From Lama guanicoe (lineage: Eukaryota), in NCBI GenBank assembly GCA_013239625.1, contig MU056050.1, positions 6,711,838-6,775,837 on the forward strand: DNA of 64,000 bases, read 5' to 3'. The position numbers and the translations under genes were made by a program. Below the pieces are notes generated by a model, which was not told the origin of the DNA, ran no database searches, and was given only the letters and a program-made list of their open reading frames with translations. Shown here piece by piece: positions 1 to 12,452 of the stretch (within the stretch, counting starts at the first letter, position 1; each line of letters starts with the position of its first letter).

Positions 1-3000
1 TACAAGGACTGTTTTCTGGATCCTTCTTTGCAGGGACGTATTGTGCCAATAGAATGCCCCAGGCCCCCACCCTTTCGTGCATCTCAAACTGAGGGGAGTC
101 CCCCCTACTCTTTTATGAGTCTCAGCTGATTTCCCTTGAGAGATGCCCCACTCGGCAGCCCTCCTCCCCACACCAATCGGACTCCCTCACTGTACCTGGT
201 CCCCGCCCCGACTGTCTTCAGGGGCGGGGCCAGCCCTAGGGCAAGCTGGGGCAGGAAGTGGTTGCAATTACACACTCCCGCCCCGCTCTGGCTGCCGCTG
301 CCCGAGTGACAATGTTAACTCGGCCGGCCCCAAACGTCAGGGTAGGAGCTGGAAGAGGGCTCGGCCTGGGGGCGCCTGGGCTAGAATGAAGCTCCCTTCC
401 TGAGGGAAAGGAGTTTCCAAGGCTGGGAGAGGCTGGGAGAGGCTGGAAACCTGAATTGACTGCTGGTCACATCCAGGGATGAAGGGAGGAGATCGTGGGT
501 CTCCCTCTCCACCCCAGCATGGCAGCCACCAGGCACCATCATCCCTTTTTAACCTGGCCACTAGCTAAAAGCAGCTTTTCCCTGCTGTTTGGGCCCCCTG
601 CTTGCAACTGCCAGGACTGACAGGCCCCGACCCCTCCTACCACAGGAGGACAGGCTTTGATCCTCCACTGCTGCAAATCACCAGAGCACAGTGGCTTTAT
701 ATCCTCCATTCTTCCCTAGTTTCTTGGGCATTCCCATCTGGGGCTGGCTCTGGGCCAGGTGGAGGGTGTGATTGGTAGGGCCACAGCCGTGGGCTAAGTA
801 CCATGTAGAGAGAGGGGTAGGGAAGTCTGAGAATGTTTGGCTGGGATGGCTTCAGAACAATCTGGGGTGGGCTTTTACTGAGAGCACCTTTGACTCAGCA
901 ATTCGGGGCTGCATTAGAGGGACGGAGGTAGCAGGGGGTTCAGTGAAGAGATTGGAGGAATGAAATGAAGGAGATATGGGAGTACAGGAGGGAGTGGGGA
1001 TGAGCGAACTAGTTAGGGCTTAAAAAAAAAAAGGCCTACAAACCCAGGGGAGACAGTGGGGGCTTCTCTTTGCCCTTCACTAGCATCTTCTCCTGCAAGA
1101 TCCATGTTCCTTCCAATGTCTGTCTGCAAAGCCCACACTCAGCGGTTGCCTCCTCAGCTTCAGAGTCTCATTTCACACCCTACTAAAAGCTTCAAGGCAC
1201 CCTCCTTCTTTTCTATTCTATTGAAACTCCTCCTCTTCTCCCCCAGGTCAGGCCTGCCCAGCCTGCTGAGAAGTGTTGGGGCTGCCCAAAGAAGAGGGTC
1301 TCTGCTCCCCATCCCAGCCATCCTGGCAGGAGCCAAAGTTTTGGGGCCCAGTCTGAGGGGCTATGGATCAGCAGCCCTTTCCCCCGGGGTTCCAGGCTCC
1401 CAGGAGACTGAGAAGCTGAGTCACAGGTAACTTCAGGCTCCATAGACAGCACAGCAAGAGAAAGAGAACAAAAAAAAAGAAAAGAAAAAGAAAAAGGTCG
1501 CACAAAGACAAACCAGGGGGCAAGTTTGTTACCTGGGGGGCAGGAGGGACTCTTCGCCCTGCCTTAGTCTTGCTTGACTCGCAGATGGAGATCACAATCA
1601 GAAGACTGTCTCTGAATTTGAGAGATGATGACAGGACACACGGTCAAATAAAGGAATAAGGATGGAGGTGTTTTGTAAACCAGTAAGTTCTATACAGATG
1701 TGAGAGATTACTATTATTATTAGAATGCATTACAAATTTTCATTTTGCTCCATTGGATCTGGTTTATTCGATACTCTCCTTAGAGGAACATGACACAGCC
1801 AGGTTAGCCTCGAGGCATTTGGGGCCCTGAGTGAAACAGGGTGTGTATGTGTGTTAGAGAGAGAGAGTCAGAGAGGGAGGGAAATGGCAGGGAGTCATTG
1901 GATGGAACCCCTTCCCTCAACATTTGCCCTGGAAAAATGGGGTTATACTGAACAAAGCTCGATTTGAAGGGAAAAAACCTCACAAATCATATAGCCAGAG
2001 AGATCTAGAAGTCAAATCTTATTTGTCTCTGTACCCTCAACACCCAGAAGCTCCTTCTGAACTCACGCACCCAATGTCTATCTGCCGAATGACTGATGGA
2101 AGGAAGTGAGCAATGGGGGCTCCAACCCCTCTGTCTCCTCCGCTGCCCTGGTCCTGTTTGTGTGCAGATGAGTCTCAGCTCCTTTCAGCTGCAGGAATCA
2201 CGTCCTAGCAGCCCAGTCCCCCAAGTGCTGGTGTGTCCCTGCAAGTCTGTGACAGTCACTGTACTCTTGATGTCTCTGCCACAACAAGGGGTCTGGGGTT
2301 CAGAGGCCTTGCGCACAGCCAAAGCCACTTGCACCACACATGTCATTGCTCTTTGATGCTTCACAAGACCCTCCTGGCTCTTGCAAAGCCTCAGGACCAT
2401 TCTGAACATCAATCAGAGAACAAATGGGGTCATGGATGGAGAAGCACTTTGTGACCTGCAAAGCCCCATACAAATGTAAGGGATTATTGCATTGTATCGC
2501 AAAAAGAGCATTCCGATTCTCTGAGGGTTGCGGTTATTTGGATTTTGGCAAACAGGAGTTTACAGCATTATAAAATGTGTATGTGTGCGTGTGTGTGTCA
2601 GGGAGGTTGTCTGCACACGTGCATGTTCAGTGATAAGGCCCGAGATAGGAACCTACCTGACCAAATAGCACAAAGAGTCATTTAGACTATGCAGAGCCAT
2701 ATTGGTAAGTTAACAAGAATTCCCTGGCCCTCTATCTTTTTCAATATGCTTCTGTATAGGTGCTCTCATCAGATTCTCCCCACAACACTATGCCACTGTT
2801 AAGTCCCTCTGACTTGAGTTCAGTAGAATAAAGCACACAGTGAACTCAGAGGAATCTAGTTTTGAGACTTGCAGGCTCAAAGAAAACTTTGCCTGGGAGA
2901 AATTTTCAGGCAGAAAAAAACATGGTCTGTGTAGGTTCTGGCAGGGCACTCCGGACCAATGCCAACTTCCCTCCATTCTCTGTCCCCATAGAGCAATTCT

Positions 3001-3397
3001 ACAATGCCTCCATAACGACCTCCAGACCAAGAAGAAGGCTCTCTTTCAGTCAGTCATTCAATCAACAAACATGTTTTGAGTGCTTTCGCATCAGTGCCAG
3101 GCCTTCTGCTTGGCCCTAGGGCTACAAAAATGAAGAAGCCTTCTTTGCTCACCATTCACCTCTCAGCAATCAAGCGACATATTTTGTAGCATCTTTTCCC
3201 CTTCAAGGCTTTCCTTGATGTTCATTTCATTCTGCTGAGGGAAGGCAGGACTAATGGTTTTGAATCCAGCCTAGTTGTTCAGTCTCTGATTGGGCAACAA
3301 GGGGCCCCTTTGGAGAAGGCAGTGCTTAGAACAACAAATGGGGCTCTCAGACACAGGACATAGGTATCACAAACCTCCAGAGGAGATGCAAGCCTGA

Positions 3398-3612
3398 TTC
3401 ATTCTTCCTTCCTTCCTCCCTCCCTCTCTCTCTCTCTCTCTTCCTTCCTTCCTTCCCTTTCCTTCATTCCTTCCTTCCTTTCTCTTTCTTTCTTTTTTTT
3501 TTTCTTTCTTTCTTTCTTTCTTTTTTCTTCCTTTCTTTCTTTCTTCCTTTCTTCCTTTCTTCCTTCCTTTCTTCCTTTCTTCCTTCCTCTCTCTCTCTCT
3601 CTCTTTCTTTTT
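3398..3612. repeat. Compound polypyrimidine microsatellite (CCTT/CTTT/CT)n
   Basis: Directly visible. It explains the K/E/R-rich minus-strand ORFs here. Confidence 0.95.
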
Positions 3613-4408
3613 CTCCACACCCTTGAAAAGTCAGGAGAAAAACCATGCGATCAGCATTGTGTTGGAATAGCATTCTCATCTCAGGTTCTGTCAAAGCAGA
3701 TGCTTTGGGCCTGGAAGGGCTCTCTGGTAAGTCCAGCTTAAGCTGTGACCTTTTTGGGGAGCAGTTATAGGATTGTTTTATTGGTCCCCAGGACACGGCC
3801 ATGTGCTTCCTTGGTGGGGAAACTCTAGTTAGTTAACCAGAATATTCAAGCAGAATGACTTCTTGGATTTTGGAATTTTCCAATTTACTGAAGACTAACC
3901 TCCAACTCCTTCCTTGTTTAGCTCCTTGGTATGGAAAACCTTTTGCATATGCATGAGCCCACTTTCTAGATTGTCAGTACAGTTTACTGAGCAACTCAGT
4001 GGAACCTCTTTGTTGACTGGGTGTCTTACAGGGACTTGCAATCAGTGGATCCCAAAGAGGGGTCCCTGAATCCATAAAAGCTTGTGAGAGGATCTATGAA
4101 TTATGTTAGTATTTCATGAAGTCTACTGAAGTGTAGCAGTATGAGGCTGCAGAGGTTAACTACAAGGTCACATGTTTTTGGCTTTGGATGGAATTAAATG
4201 ACCTCAGTGTGGCTGTCTTGGGCTGATCAGAAGTTCTGGCCCAGTTTTATACATATTTGATCCATTATTAAATGGCAAATTATTACTTGAAAATATGTCC
4301 TGATATATCCTGTTTAAGTAGATAAATATTTTGAATACAGAGAGTTAAGAACACCGACTCTGGCATCAGACTGCCTGGATTCATATCCTGACTTCAAAAC
4401 TTCTTAGT

Positions 4409-4818
4409 TGGGAATGGATAAACAAATTATGGTACATCCATGCAATGGAATATTATTCGGCCATAAAAAGGAATGAAAATACATGCTACAATGCAGAGGA
4501 ACCTCAAAAACATGATGCTAAGTGAGAGAAGCCAGAAACAAAAAAGCCACATATTATATGATTTCACTTAAATGAAGTATTCTGAATAGGTAAATCCATA
4601 GAAACAGAAAGCAGATAGGAGGTTTCCAGAGGCTAGGGGGAGGGTGAAAGGGGAGCAACTGCTTAACAGGTACAGAGTTTCATTTTGGGCTAATGAGAAT
4701 GTTTTGGAACTAGGTAGAGGTGGTGGCTGCACAACGTTGGGAATGTACTAAACGCCAGAGAATTGTACACTTTAAAATTGTCAACTTATGTTATGTGAAT
4801 TTGACCTGTTTAAAAAAA
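4409..4818 (+). mobile_element. Old L1 (L1M-type) 3' fragment
   Basis: gaatggataaacaaattatggtacatccatgcaatggaatattattcggccataaaaaggaatgaa... is a typical L1MB/ME 3' region. Confidence 0.85.
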
Positions 4819-4826
4819 CTTATGGA

Positions 4827-4980
4827 GGGGAGGGTATAGCTCAGTGGTAGAGTGTGTGCTTAGCATGCACAAGGTCTTGGGTTCAATCCCCAGTTCCTCC
4901 ATTAAAAACAAACAAACAAACAAACAAACCTAATTACCGCCTCCCTTAAAAGAAAAAAAACAAACCCCAAACAAAAAAAA
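4827..4980 (+). mobile_element. tRNA-Ala(AGC)-derived SINE, camelid vic-1-like
   Basis: GGGGAGGGTATAGCTCAGTGGTAGAGTGTGTGCTTAGCATGCACAAGGTCTTGGGTTCAATCCCCAGTTCCTCCA (A and B boxes), then (AAAC)n, CCTAATTACC and an A-rich tail. Family name from memory. Confidence 0.8.
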
Positions 4981-5314
4981 TCTTACTAGCCGGGTAACTT
5001 TGGGCAAATCACTGACCCTGAATGCACTCTAATTTCTTCATCTGTAAAAGGGGAAAATAATACTATTTACCTTATGACATTGTTAGGAGTATTAAATGAG
5101 TAACTATTTGTAAAACCCTTAGAACAGTGTCTGGCCCACAGTAAGTGTCATACAACTGTGTGTTAAAAATGGGGTCCCTGAGGGGAAAGAAATAATAAAG
5201 CCTTTGGTAGTGAAATTTTGGGAACCCCTGGTGAAGATGGAAATAGAAAAAGTGCTTAACGTCTTTCAAAGTGTTGTGCAAGAATCCTCTGGTTCCGATT
5301 GATTTCCTGGTAGC

Positions 5315-5462
5315 GATTGTTAGAAGTTCAGAGTATGAGGCACCACCCCAGACCTATTCAGTAAGACCCTGGGTGGGAGGGTGCCTTGGAATCTGAACTT
5401 TGACAAGCTTCTCCTCCACCCTACCCCCAAGTGATTCTTGTGTAGATTAAATTTGAGAAATT
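5315..5462. mobile_element. MER5-like hAT DNA transposon fragment
   Basis: ccccagacctattcag...ggaatctgaactttgacaagc...caagtgattctt...aaatttgagaaa resembles MER5A. Confidence 0.6.
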
Positions 5463-6519
5463 TTAGTGTGGACATTTAAACTGAGTATGTACTGAAGGCA
5501 GAACATGGCTTCCTGGATTTTTAAAAAATCTAAATCTCAGGTCTCAACTTGTTTTTTTAATCATCTTGTGACTTTCTTCCCAAAATGGACAATTCTTCCT
5601 CTGGAGCCCCTTGAAGCTTAATGAGCAAGAACAGACACACGAGAATACATATAAACACAGGCCCGAAATAAGTATGGTATCTTTACCAAGTTATCTATAG
5701 CAGCCAAACCATGTGCTTTAGTCTGTTCATGTCGGAAGTGCTATGGTGGGCTGTGTGGAGGACACAGTAAAACATGGCCCTTGCCCTCTGGATACTTACA
5801 AATTCTAAGAGAAAAGATGGCTACTGAAAAGGCTGGGGCGTCCTGGGAGTGGTTGATTTGAGAAGTGTGGTGTGGGGACAGGGGTTGGGAGACCATAGGG
5901 TGGGTGGGACCTGAAGAGGCCCATGTCCTCCACTGAACATCTACTGTCAAACAATCTCAGAGTATTCATGGCGTGCTTTCTCCTGAAACGCTGCCAGGTA
6001 TGGTGGCGGATGCACCTTCTATAACAAGGTGCCCGCCCTCAGATGGGGAGGTAGAACTAAGGCACAGAGCACAGAAAGGGACTAAGTGCTAAGCAGTACT
6101 TACCTATGGGGCCAAGAGTTCAGAGGCAAAAACATTCAGAGAACGCTTTGTGGAGGTGGCGCTTGAAGGATTCGGCACCTCCATTCTGTGCCAGCATCCC
6201 TAAGCCTGCACAGAATCACCACCACAGCCAGAGGACTGCACAACCCCAGGAACTGGAATTTGGTGAGTATGCACTGAATGTGGGCCACTGGACTGAGTGC
6301 TATTCTCAATCTTCTTTAGCCTCTTTAGAGGAAGAGGTAATAGTTTGGCTTGCTGAAAGATCTTGCAAAATTTTATTCCATTCTCCTCTTCAAAAATACA
6401 CCTCTCTTTTCCTTTATGTTCAGGATGTGGCTTTTATTCCCAGGCTCGAATTAAGCATGTGCTCCCAAGTTCTGAACTCTTTAAAAATGCCTCATGTTAA
6501 AAAAAAAAACAAACTACTA

Positions 6520-6730
6520 TGGGGTGTCCACTAGGGGCCAGGCACTGTTCTGAGTGCTTAACATACAAGAACTTATTTGATCCTGGGAACATTTTCAGGA
6601 GGTATTTATTAGGCTCCATTTCATAAATGAGGAAACTGAAGCTCAGAGAGAAGTCAAGTGTCCAAGTAATATTGCTAGGAAGGGGCAGAGCCAGGATTCA
6701 AACCATGTCTGTCTTAACTTCAGAAACTGT
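6520..6730 (-). mobile_element. MIR SINE
   Basis: gccaggcactgttctgagtgct...catttcataaatgaggaaactgaagctcagagag...ggcagagccaggattcaaacc. Confidence 0.8.
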
Positions 6731-6869
6731 GTGTGAAACTAGTAAATGGGAAGACAAAGACTAAAAGGGATCAAGATTGAAAGCTGAGTCTTTAATAACT
6801 GGCAAGAAGGGAAGCTAGTTCTGGTTCTCAGTTTCCCCACTATAAAATAAGGAGGTTGGATTAGATCAT

Positions 6870-7370
6870 CCATTCATTCATTCACTTAACAAACATTTGT
6901 AGAGGGCCTCTGCCGTGCCAGGGTGGGGGATGTTCGGAGGAGTGGAAGGAGGCTGTGATACACAGATGAGAAATACTGGGTTCCTTCATCCAAGGAAGGG
7001 AAAATCTGGTTGGAGAGATAGATAGGAAGAGCATAGAAGAGCTAAATAAAGGGGCAAGCTCAGTACTGTGGTGGTACCACTAAGGAGGGAGTAGGGGTCA
7101 GGGATGATGGCAGGAAAGAGCCGGCTTGAGTAACGGTTGAGTGGGATTTCAATAAGCCGAGAAGGACATAGAAAAAGTAGAGGGAACAGTCAAGAAAGTG
7201 CTCATCTTGTCCAGGGAATGTCAAGAGGGCGGATTTGGTGAGAACAGAGGCTTTGTGAGGGACATGGAAGGAAAGGTGGCTGGTACCAGATCATGGAGGG
7301 CCCTGAAAGCTACGTGAAGGCTTGTGGACTTGATTGCGTTGGCAGTGGGCATCCACAGCCAGTTTTACAG
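6870..7370 (-). mobile_element. L2 LINE fragment
   Basis: Starts cattcattcattcacttaacaaacatttg (reverse of the L2 3' end); contains ccagatcatggagggccctgaa. Confidence 0.65.
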
Positions 7371-8649
7371 GAGGGCAGATGATTTCTTAGAGTTCCTTCC
7401 ACCTCTCACATTGTGTGTTTGATTAAGAAACTTGTTAAGTGCTGAGAAGTCTTAGGGAAGGGGGGAGGCTTGACTTGGAGAGGCCTCTGGGATGATTTTA
7501 GCCCCCTTCCTCATTTCCACCCCCCTTTGGCTATAAAATCCAGAAAGGTTGTTGGTTGTTTACAGAGTTAAGTTTAACCAGACATACTGTCTCCCCATCT
7601 AGACCTGGGGCTCTGAGAGGGCAGAGACCAGGCCTTCCTCAGCTGCAGAGAGCCGCTGGAATGCATCTCCAAGAAGCAACCTGCTGCAATAGGGTTTGTG
7701 CATTTGAGATTTACGCGAGTAGGGGCAATGAATTTTCCCCTGTGGCCCCTCCCAGAGCATAAAGCGAAACACTTGTGAGCACATAGTGTCTGTAACTCGT
7801 GGTCAATCTTACTGATCCAGTACCAGCCCCACTCTTTTCCTACGTTTGCAAAGCTCTTTTTGTACCCTGATCTCCCCTGGTCCGCTTTCAACTGGGGTGA
7901 TTTAGAATGAGCCCTCTGGCAGTCCTGAGGCACTGAGCTCCAAACCTGACTTCACCTTCAACTAGCTGGGGTGCAGGGGATGAAGGGACAACCCAAAGCT
8001 GCTTCATTCCGACACTCTAAAGATGTAAACCACTGGGATTTCGTTGTTGTCATAGGGCTCGGCTGTTTTACTGGAGAGACAAGGCCTGTGATTGCAGAAC
8101 AAAGCAAAGAATTGAAGCAATTACCCTGCGAATTTAGCCAGAGGTTGGTTTGGGGCCTAAATTACCCTGCCCCTCCATACCCTGTTTTGTCTGCTAAACT
8201 TCAGGAGGGCAGGGCCCAGGCCAGTGTCACCCCTAGGTCTCTGTGCTACATCTAGGGAGGCTGGTGATACCAATGCTGATAATAATAACTTGCATAAGTC
8301 TAGTAGTTTACAGTGCACAAAATTCTTTCTCATCCACTATCTCATTTGATGCTCAGGGGTGTCCCTCTGAGGGAGGTAGGACAGATACATTGATTTCCAT
8401 AGTTTAGAGCTGGAGGAAGACCCAAAACACAGTACCTGGCCTCAGGCTGGCACTGCTTAAATGTTAGGGCTTGTCTGAGGTCCCACTGCTAGCTATGGAC
8501 ACAACAAGACTAGGATTCTGGTTCTTAGAACTCTCCAAATAATCCGCTTTCCGTTATACCAAGATGCCTCTCTGAGTCCAGCTGTTATTGATGGGAGAAA
8601 CAATTAGAAAAAAATCTGCCTGAAAAAGGAATTTTTTGGCATGAAATGG

Positions 8650-8870
8650 AGGCACTATACCATATTAGAAAGAGCTCTGGATGTGGAGACAGGACTACTG
8701 GAGTTGAGACCCGGCTCAGGAACTGAAGCCACGTGACCTTGAGCAAGTCACTCACAGCCACTCATGGACTCAGTTTCTTCAATTACAAAATCAAGAGTTG
8801 TAGTGAGAAACACAAGTGAAAGGACTTTGTAAACTCTGATGTTGTACAAAGGTAAGGTATTATTATGATG
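8650..8870 (+). mobile_element. MIR SINE
   Basis: gtgaccttgagcaagtcact...ctcagtttcttcaattacaaaat core. Confidence 0.65.
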
Positions 8871-11800
8871 ATGTTGTGGTTCTAGCCTCAAATAAAATAA
8901 TCATTAATATCTACATTCTTTACAAGGTTTCCCACAGCTCTCCTCACCCTGCTCCTTGGTTTCCCATCATCTCCTGTAGGGCAGGAAGTGTGGCCCCCAA
9001 CAGGAAAGGGCTCAGAAAAGCTAGAGCTTCAGCCAGGAAATAACCATCTTGCCCCAACCTTCATTTCGTCAGATAAATGATGCAGCCAAATGGTGAGACA
9101 CAGACGAGTGGGAACGGAGGTGTCCAGAATCCGTTTCAGCTTCAAACCAAGGAGCAAAGTAGCCCTAAGGCCCCGAAAGCCTTAAGAGACATGGAGATTT
9201 AGTAATTACCAGATTAATTAAAATCAGCGAAGACAGCCAACTTAAATCAATGCAGAATTGGTAGGGCCTGCATCATCAGACCCAATAGAGGCAATTTCCC
9301 CCTTTAATAATGCATTTTGAATTCATATTTTGATTAGCTTAAAGAAATCATTTCCAAATCTTCACTTTCCCTTGGAGCAACTTCGGCCAAACACTTTTTA
9401 AGATGTGTGTGAGGGGTGCGTGGCAGGGTGGGAGTGGTCAAGGAAAACAGCTAGTGAAGAGGTTCCCAAAGCAAAGTAAAATGGCAAGCCGTATGTCCAC
9501 ACTGCTGGCAATAGATTTTGAGGTTGGTGAGGACAAGCAAGAGGGGTCATAGAACACCAGGCCTCAGACAACAGCAAAGCCATTGCAGCCTGAGTGGCTT
9601 GCTCTCCTCCACAATACTCACACACATTCTTCAAACCAGGTGAGGGAGACATACCTGGTAAGTCTCAACTGCCATCTCTAAAGTCCTTCCAAAGGAGAGA
9701 AGACACCCCATAGCTTCTAGATGGAACCTCTGGGCCTAGGACAAAGGAGGGGGGCGGGGAGGAGGAGGAGGAAGACATTAATCCTGCAGGGCTTCCTTCT
9801 AGTCCAAATCACCCTCTGGCTTCCTTAGTATTAATAAATATTAATAAATAATATTAATATATCTGCACATAAAGATTTTTTCCAAATTCCTGCTATTCAT
9901 TTCACATTCCGTTTACAAAGCCCTGCACCCTCCAGGAACTGCTGGGCACCTCCCCTAATACCCTCTAGGTTGAGGCAATGTTTCTGAAGTCCCCACCACA
10001 GATTCAGGGTTGGAGCTGCTAAGAAGCACCCTAAGACTGAAAGCAAACCTGCCGGCAGCTTCAGCTCCACCGCAAGCTGCTCTCCTCTTCAGAGTTAATG
10101 TAAGGTCATCCGAGTTCCACTGTGGACCCAGGCTTCTCAGCCCTTCAGTCCCGGGGATAGCCTGGGATGTAAACACATACAAGGATTTATTCCTTTGGCC
10201 AGGCGAGGAGTCGTTAGGGTAAAGGGTAAGGGTCAAGGGGTTCAGTTTGGTGGCTGCGGAACCCAGGGAAAGCAGGCAGAAGCTGAGTTCTCTTCAAGCC
10301 AGGTTTTTGGCCCGAGTCGTGCAGGCTTCCCCCTTTACAGACCTTTCGTCCCTCTCCTTCCTCCCTCCGCCTCTCGCTCATGCCCCCCCGCCTCCAACTC
10401 CTGCCAGATGCCTCCGCGCCCAGGCCGGGGGCTGCCCTTTGAGGTCTGCCCAGGTTGTCTACAGACCGGGAGGTTGCCACGAAGGGTTGGCCCCCAGGGT
10501 GGGCCCCCCAGAGACGCGAAGCGAGGCAGCGAGCCCCGGCATTTTCCCTTCCCCAGCACCTGTCCCACTTCGGCGCCGGGGCTGGGGCTGCGCCCGCGGT
10601 TGGCCTGGGTGCCTGAGCGCTGGAGCCACGCACCGAGGTCGCCTGGGTTAGGGAAGTGGGGGGCCGGGGGAGGGGCGGGGCATCTGGCGGGGGCGCCCCC
10701 CGGCATGCAAGACCCTACCCCCCCACCCCGCCATACACTGAGGCTAAACGGAGAGAGAGAGAGAGTCACACATAAAGCTCAAGCGAAAACGCTCGCTCTC
10801 CGACCCCGAGCGGCGTTGCTCGCCCCCCCTCCTTCCTGGAGCCAGGGACTGGCCGGGGAAGGTGGCTCCGTTCTTCCCCCGTGGCCAGTGCGGGGTCTGC
10901 GGCTGCCCGGCGAGGTTCCGGCTTCCCCGGGGCTGGCAGGGGGAGCCCCGAGAACTGCAGGCCCGCCCCCCCTTCCTCCTCCTCCTTCCCCTCCTCCCCC
11001 ACGTGTCCTCCCGGAGCCCAGCGGCCTGATCCCAGCACCCCCCGCCACCTCCCTCCTCCTCCCGCTTCGCCCGCTTCCCCGGCAGCGTGGAGAAGAGCAA
11101 AGTTGCGACAGCGGCCGAGGGGCTCTGCCCAGGTGAAGGGGGCGCCGTGGGTGGGGGGGAGACGGCGCGGCCCTGCAGCGGGGGCGGAGGGAAGATAAAG
11201 AAACTTGCTTTCGGCGGCCCCCACCCCATGCGGGTTCGGATTTTGCGTGGACCGAGCCCTCGTGGCGAGACGCGGCAACGCCGCCGGGACCGAGACCGGC
11301 ACCGGGACCTGGACCCGGACCGCGCGCCTGGGTCGGCTCGGCGGGCGCAGGCAGCGGGCCAGGCCGGCACCCAAGCAAGGGCGGGGTGGGTGGCCGTACA
11401 CCGGACCGAACCGGGGACTCCGGTGGCCTGCACGCGGGCCGAACCCGGACCGGGCCGAGTTGGGTGGCGAAGTAGGACGTGGATTCGGGGGCGGGGCGCG
11501 GCGGGAGGGGGAAACGAGGCCCGGCCGGACTGGCCTGGGCGTGGGGGCGGGGGGCGAGTTCGGGGCACTTGCTGGGCTCGGGACCGAGCGGTAGGGCGGG
11601 GCGGCGCTAGGGGTTGGGCCGGACCCGCGGGGAGAGGGCGAGGGGAGGGGGAACCGGGGGTGGAGTAGGGGCGTGGAGTTGCGAGCGGGGTCTGGCCTCG
11701 GCCGGGGGCGAAGGTAGATCCGCGGGGCCGCCAGCGGAGGGAGGGAGGCCCGCGGCAGCGCGGCGGCGGCGAAGGCCAGCTTCCGCGGAGTTTGTGCCCG

Positions 11801-12405
11801 GGCTTCCCGGGCTCCAGCCGCCTCACGCGCACAAATGGGGCTAGGGGATTGACTGGTAAGCAACTACGAGCGTTAGACGGTGATCGGCGGCGATTCCGGG
11901 AAAAGCAAGGAGAGACACCGTCTGCAATTATGCCGCCCCCCCACCTCTTTAGCATCTGGATTCTGCTCTCAAGGGGCCGCGGACCCTCCCCGTCACAACC
12001 CTTTCACCCTCCAGCACTCCCACTGCCTCCCCCCTCTTCCTCAGCCATCTGACTCTCCTAGGGGTGTGTGTTTGGGGGTGGACGACGACGGGGGGATGTA
12101 TACTTTTCCTCTCGCGGCAGCAGCCTAGTTCATATCTTATTCCTACATGTAGCGTCGCTTCGAGTCCCATGGACATTGGGATTTAGATAATCTACCCCCC
12201 AACTAACCCCCTTCCCAAGCGATTTGATGGCTTTTAAGGAAAGCGACGAATCCCTGGATTTCCACGCCAGGGATGAGGTTTGAGGATTGGGCTTCACCCC
12301 TCAGCTCACTTCCACTACCAACTCCCCTTTCCTAGTGAGCCATTTCCACGGGGATCCGAACTTGATGGGGGGGGGGGAAACGGGAGGATTAATGTGCTCC
12401 TCTGT

Positions 12406-12452
12406 NNNNNNNNNNNNNNNNNNNNNNNNNNNNNNNNNNNNNNNNNNNNNNN
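12406..12452. other. Assembly gap (47 N)
   Basis: Run of N. Confidence 1.

Larger units (their letters stand above)
4340..5150 (+). mobile_element. MIR SINE split in two (about 4340-4408 and 4982-5150)
   Basis: gttaagaacaccgactctggcatcagactgcctggattc... resumes as cttactagc...gggcaaatcact...catctgtaaaagggg...cttagaacagtgtctggc, colinear with the MIR consensus as recalled. Confidence 0.8.
4043..5230. mobile_element. Ancient hAT/Charlie-type DNA transposon relic, interrupted by MIR, L1 and SINE insertions
   Basis: Inverted termini CAGTGGATCCCAAA (4043-4056) and TTTGGGAACCCCTG (5217-5230), 12/14 match. No recognisable TSD. Confidence 0.5.

Noticed and set aside
3367..3802. K/E/R-rich minus-strand ORFs
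   Set aside because: Translations of the CT/CCTT microsatellite.
4827..4901. Functional tRNA-Ala gene
   Set aside because: Stem mismatches, a SINE-type tail and its position inside other repeats indicate a SINE.
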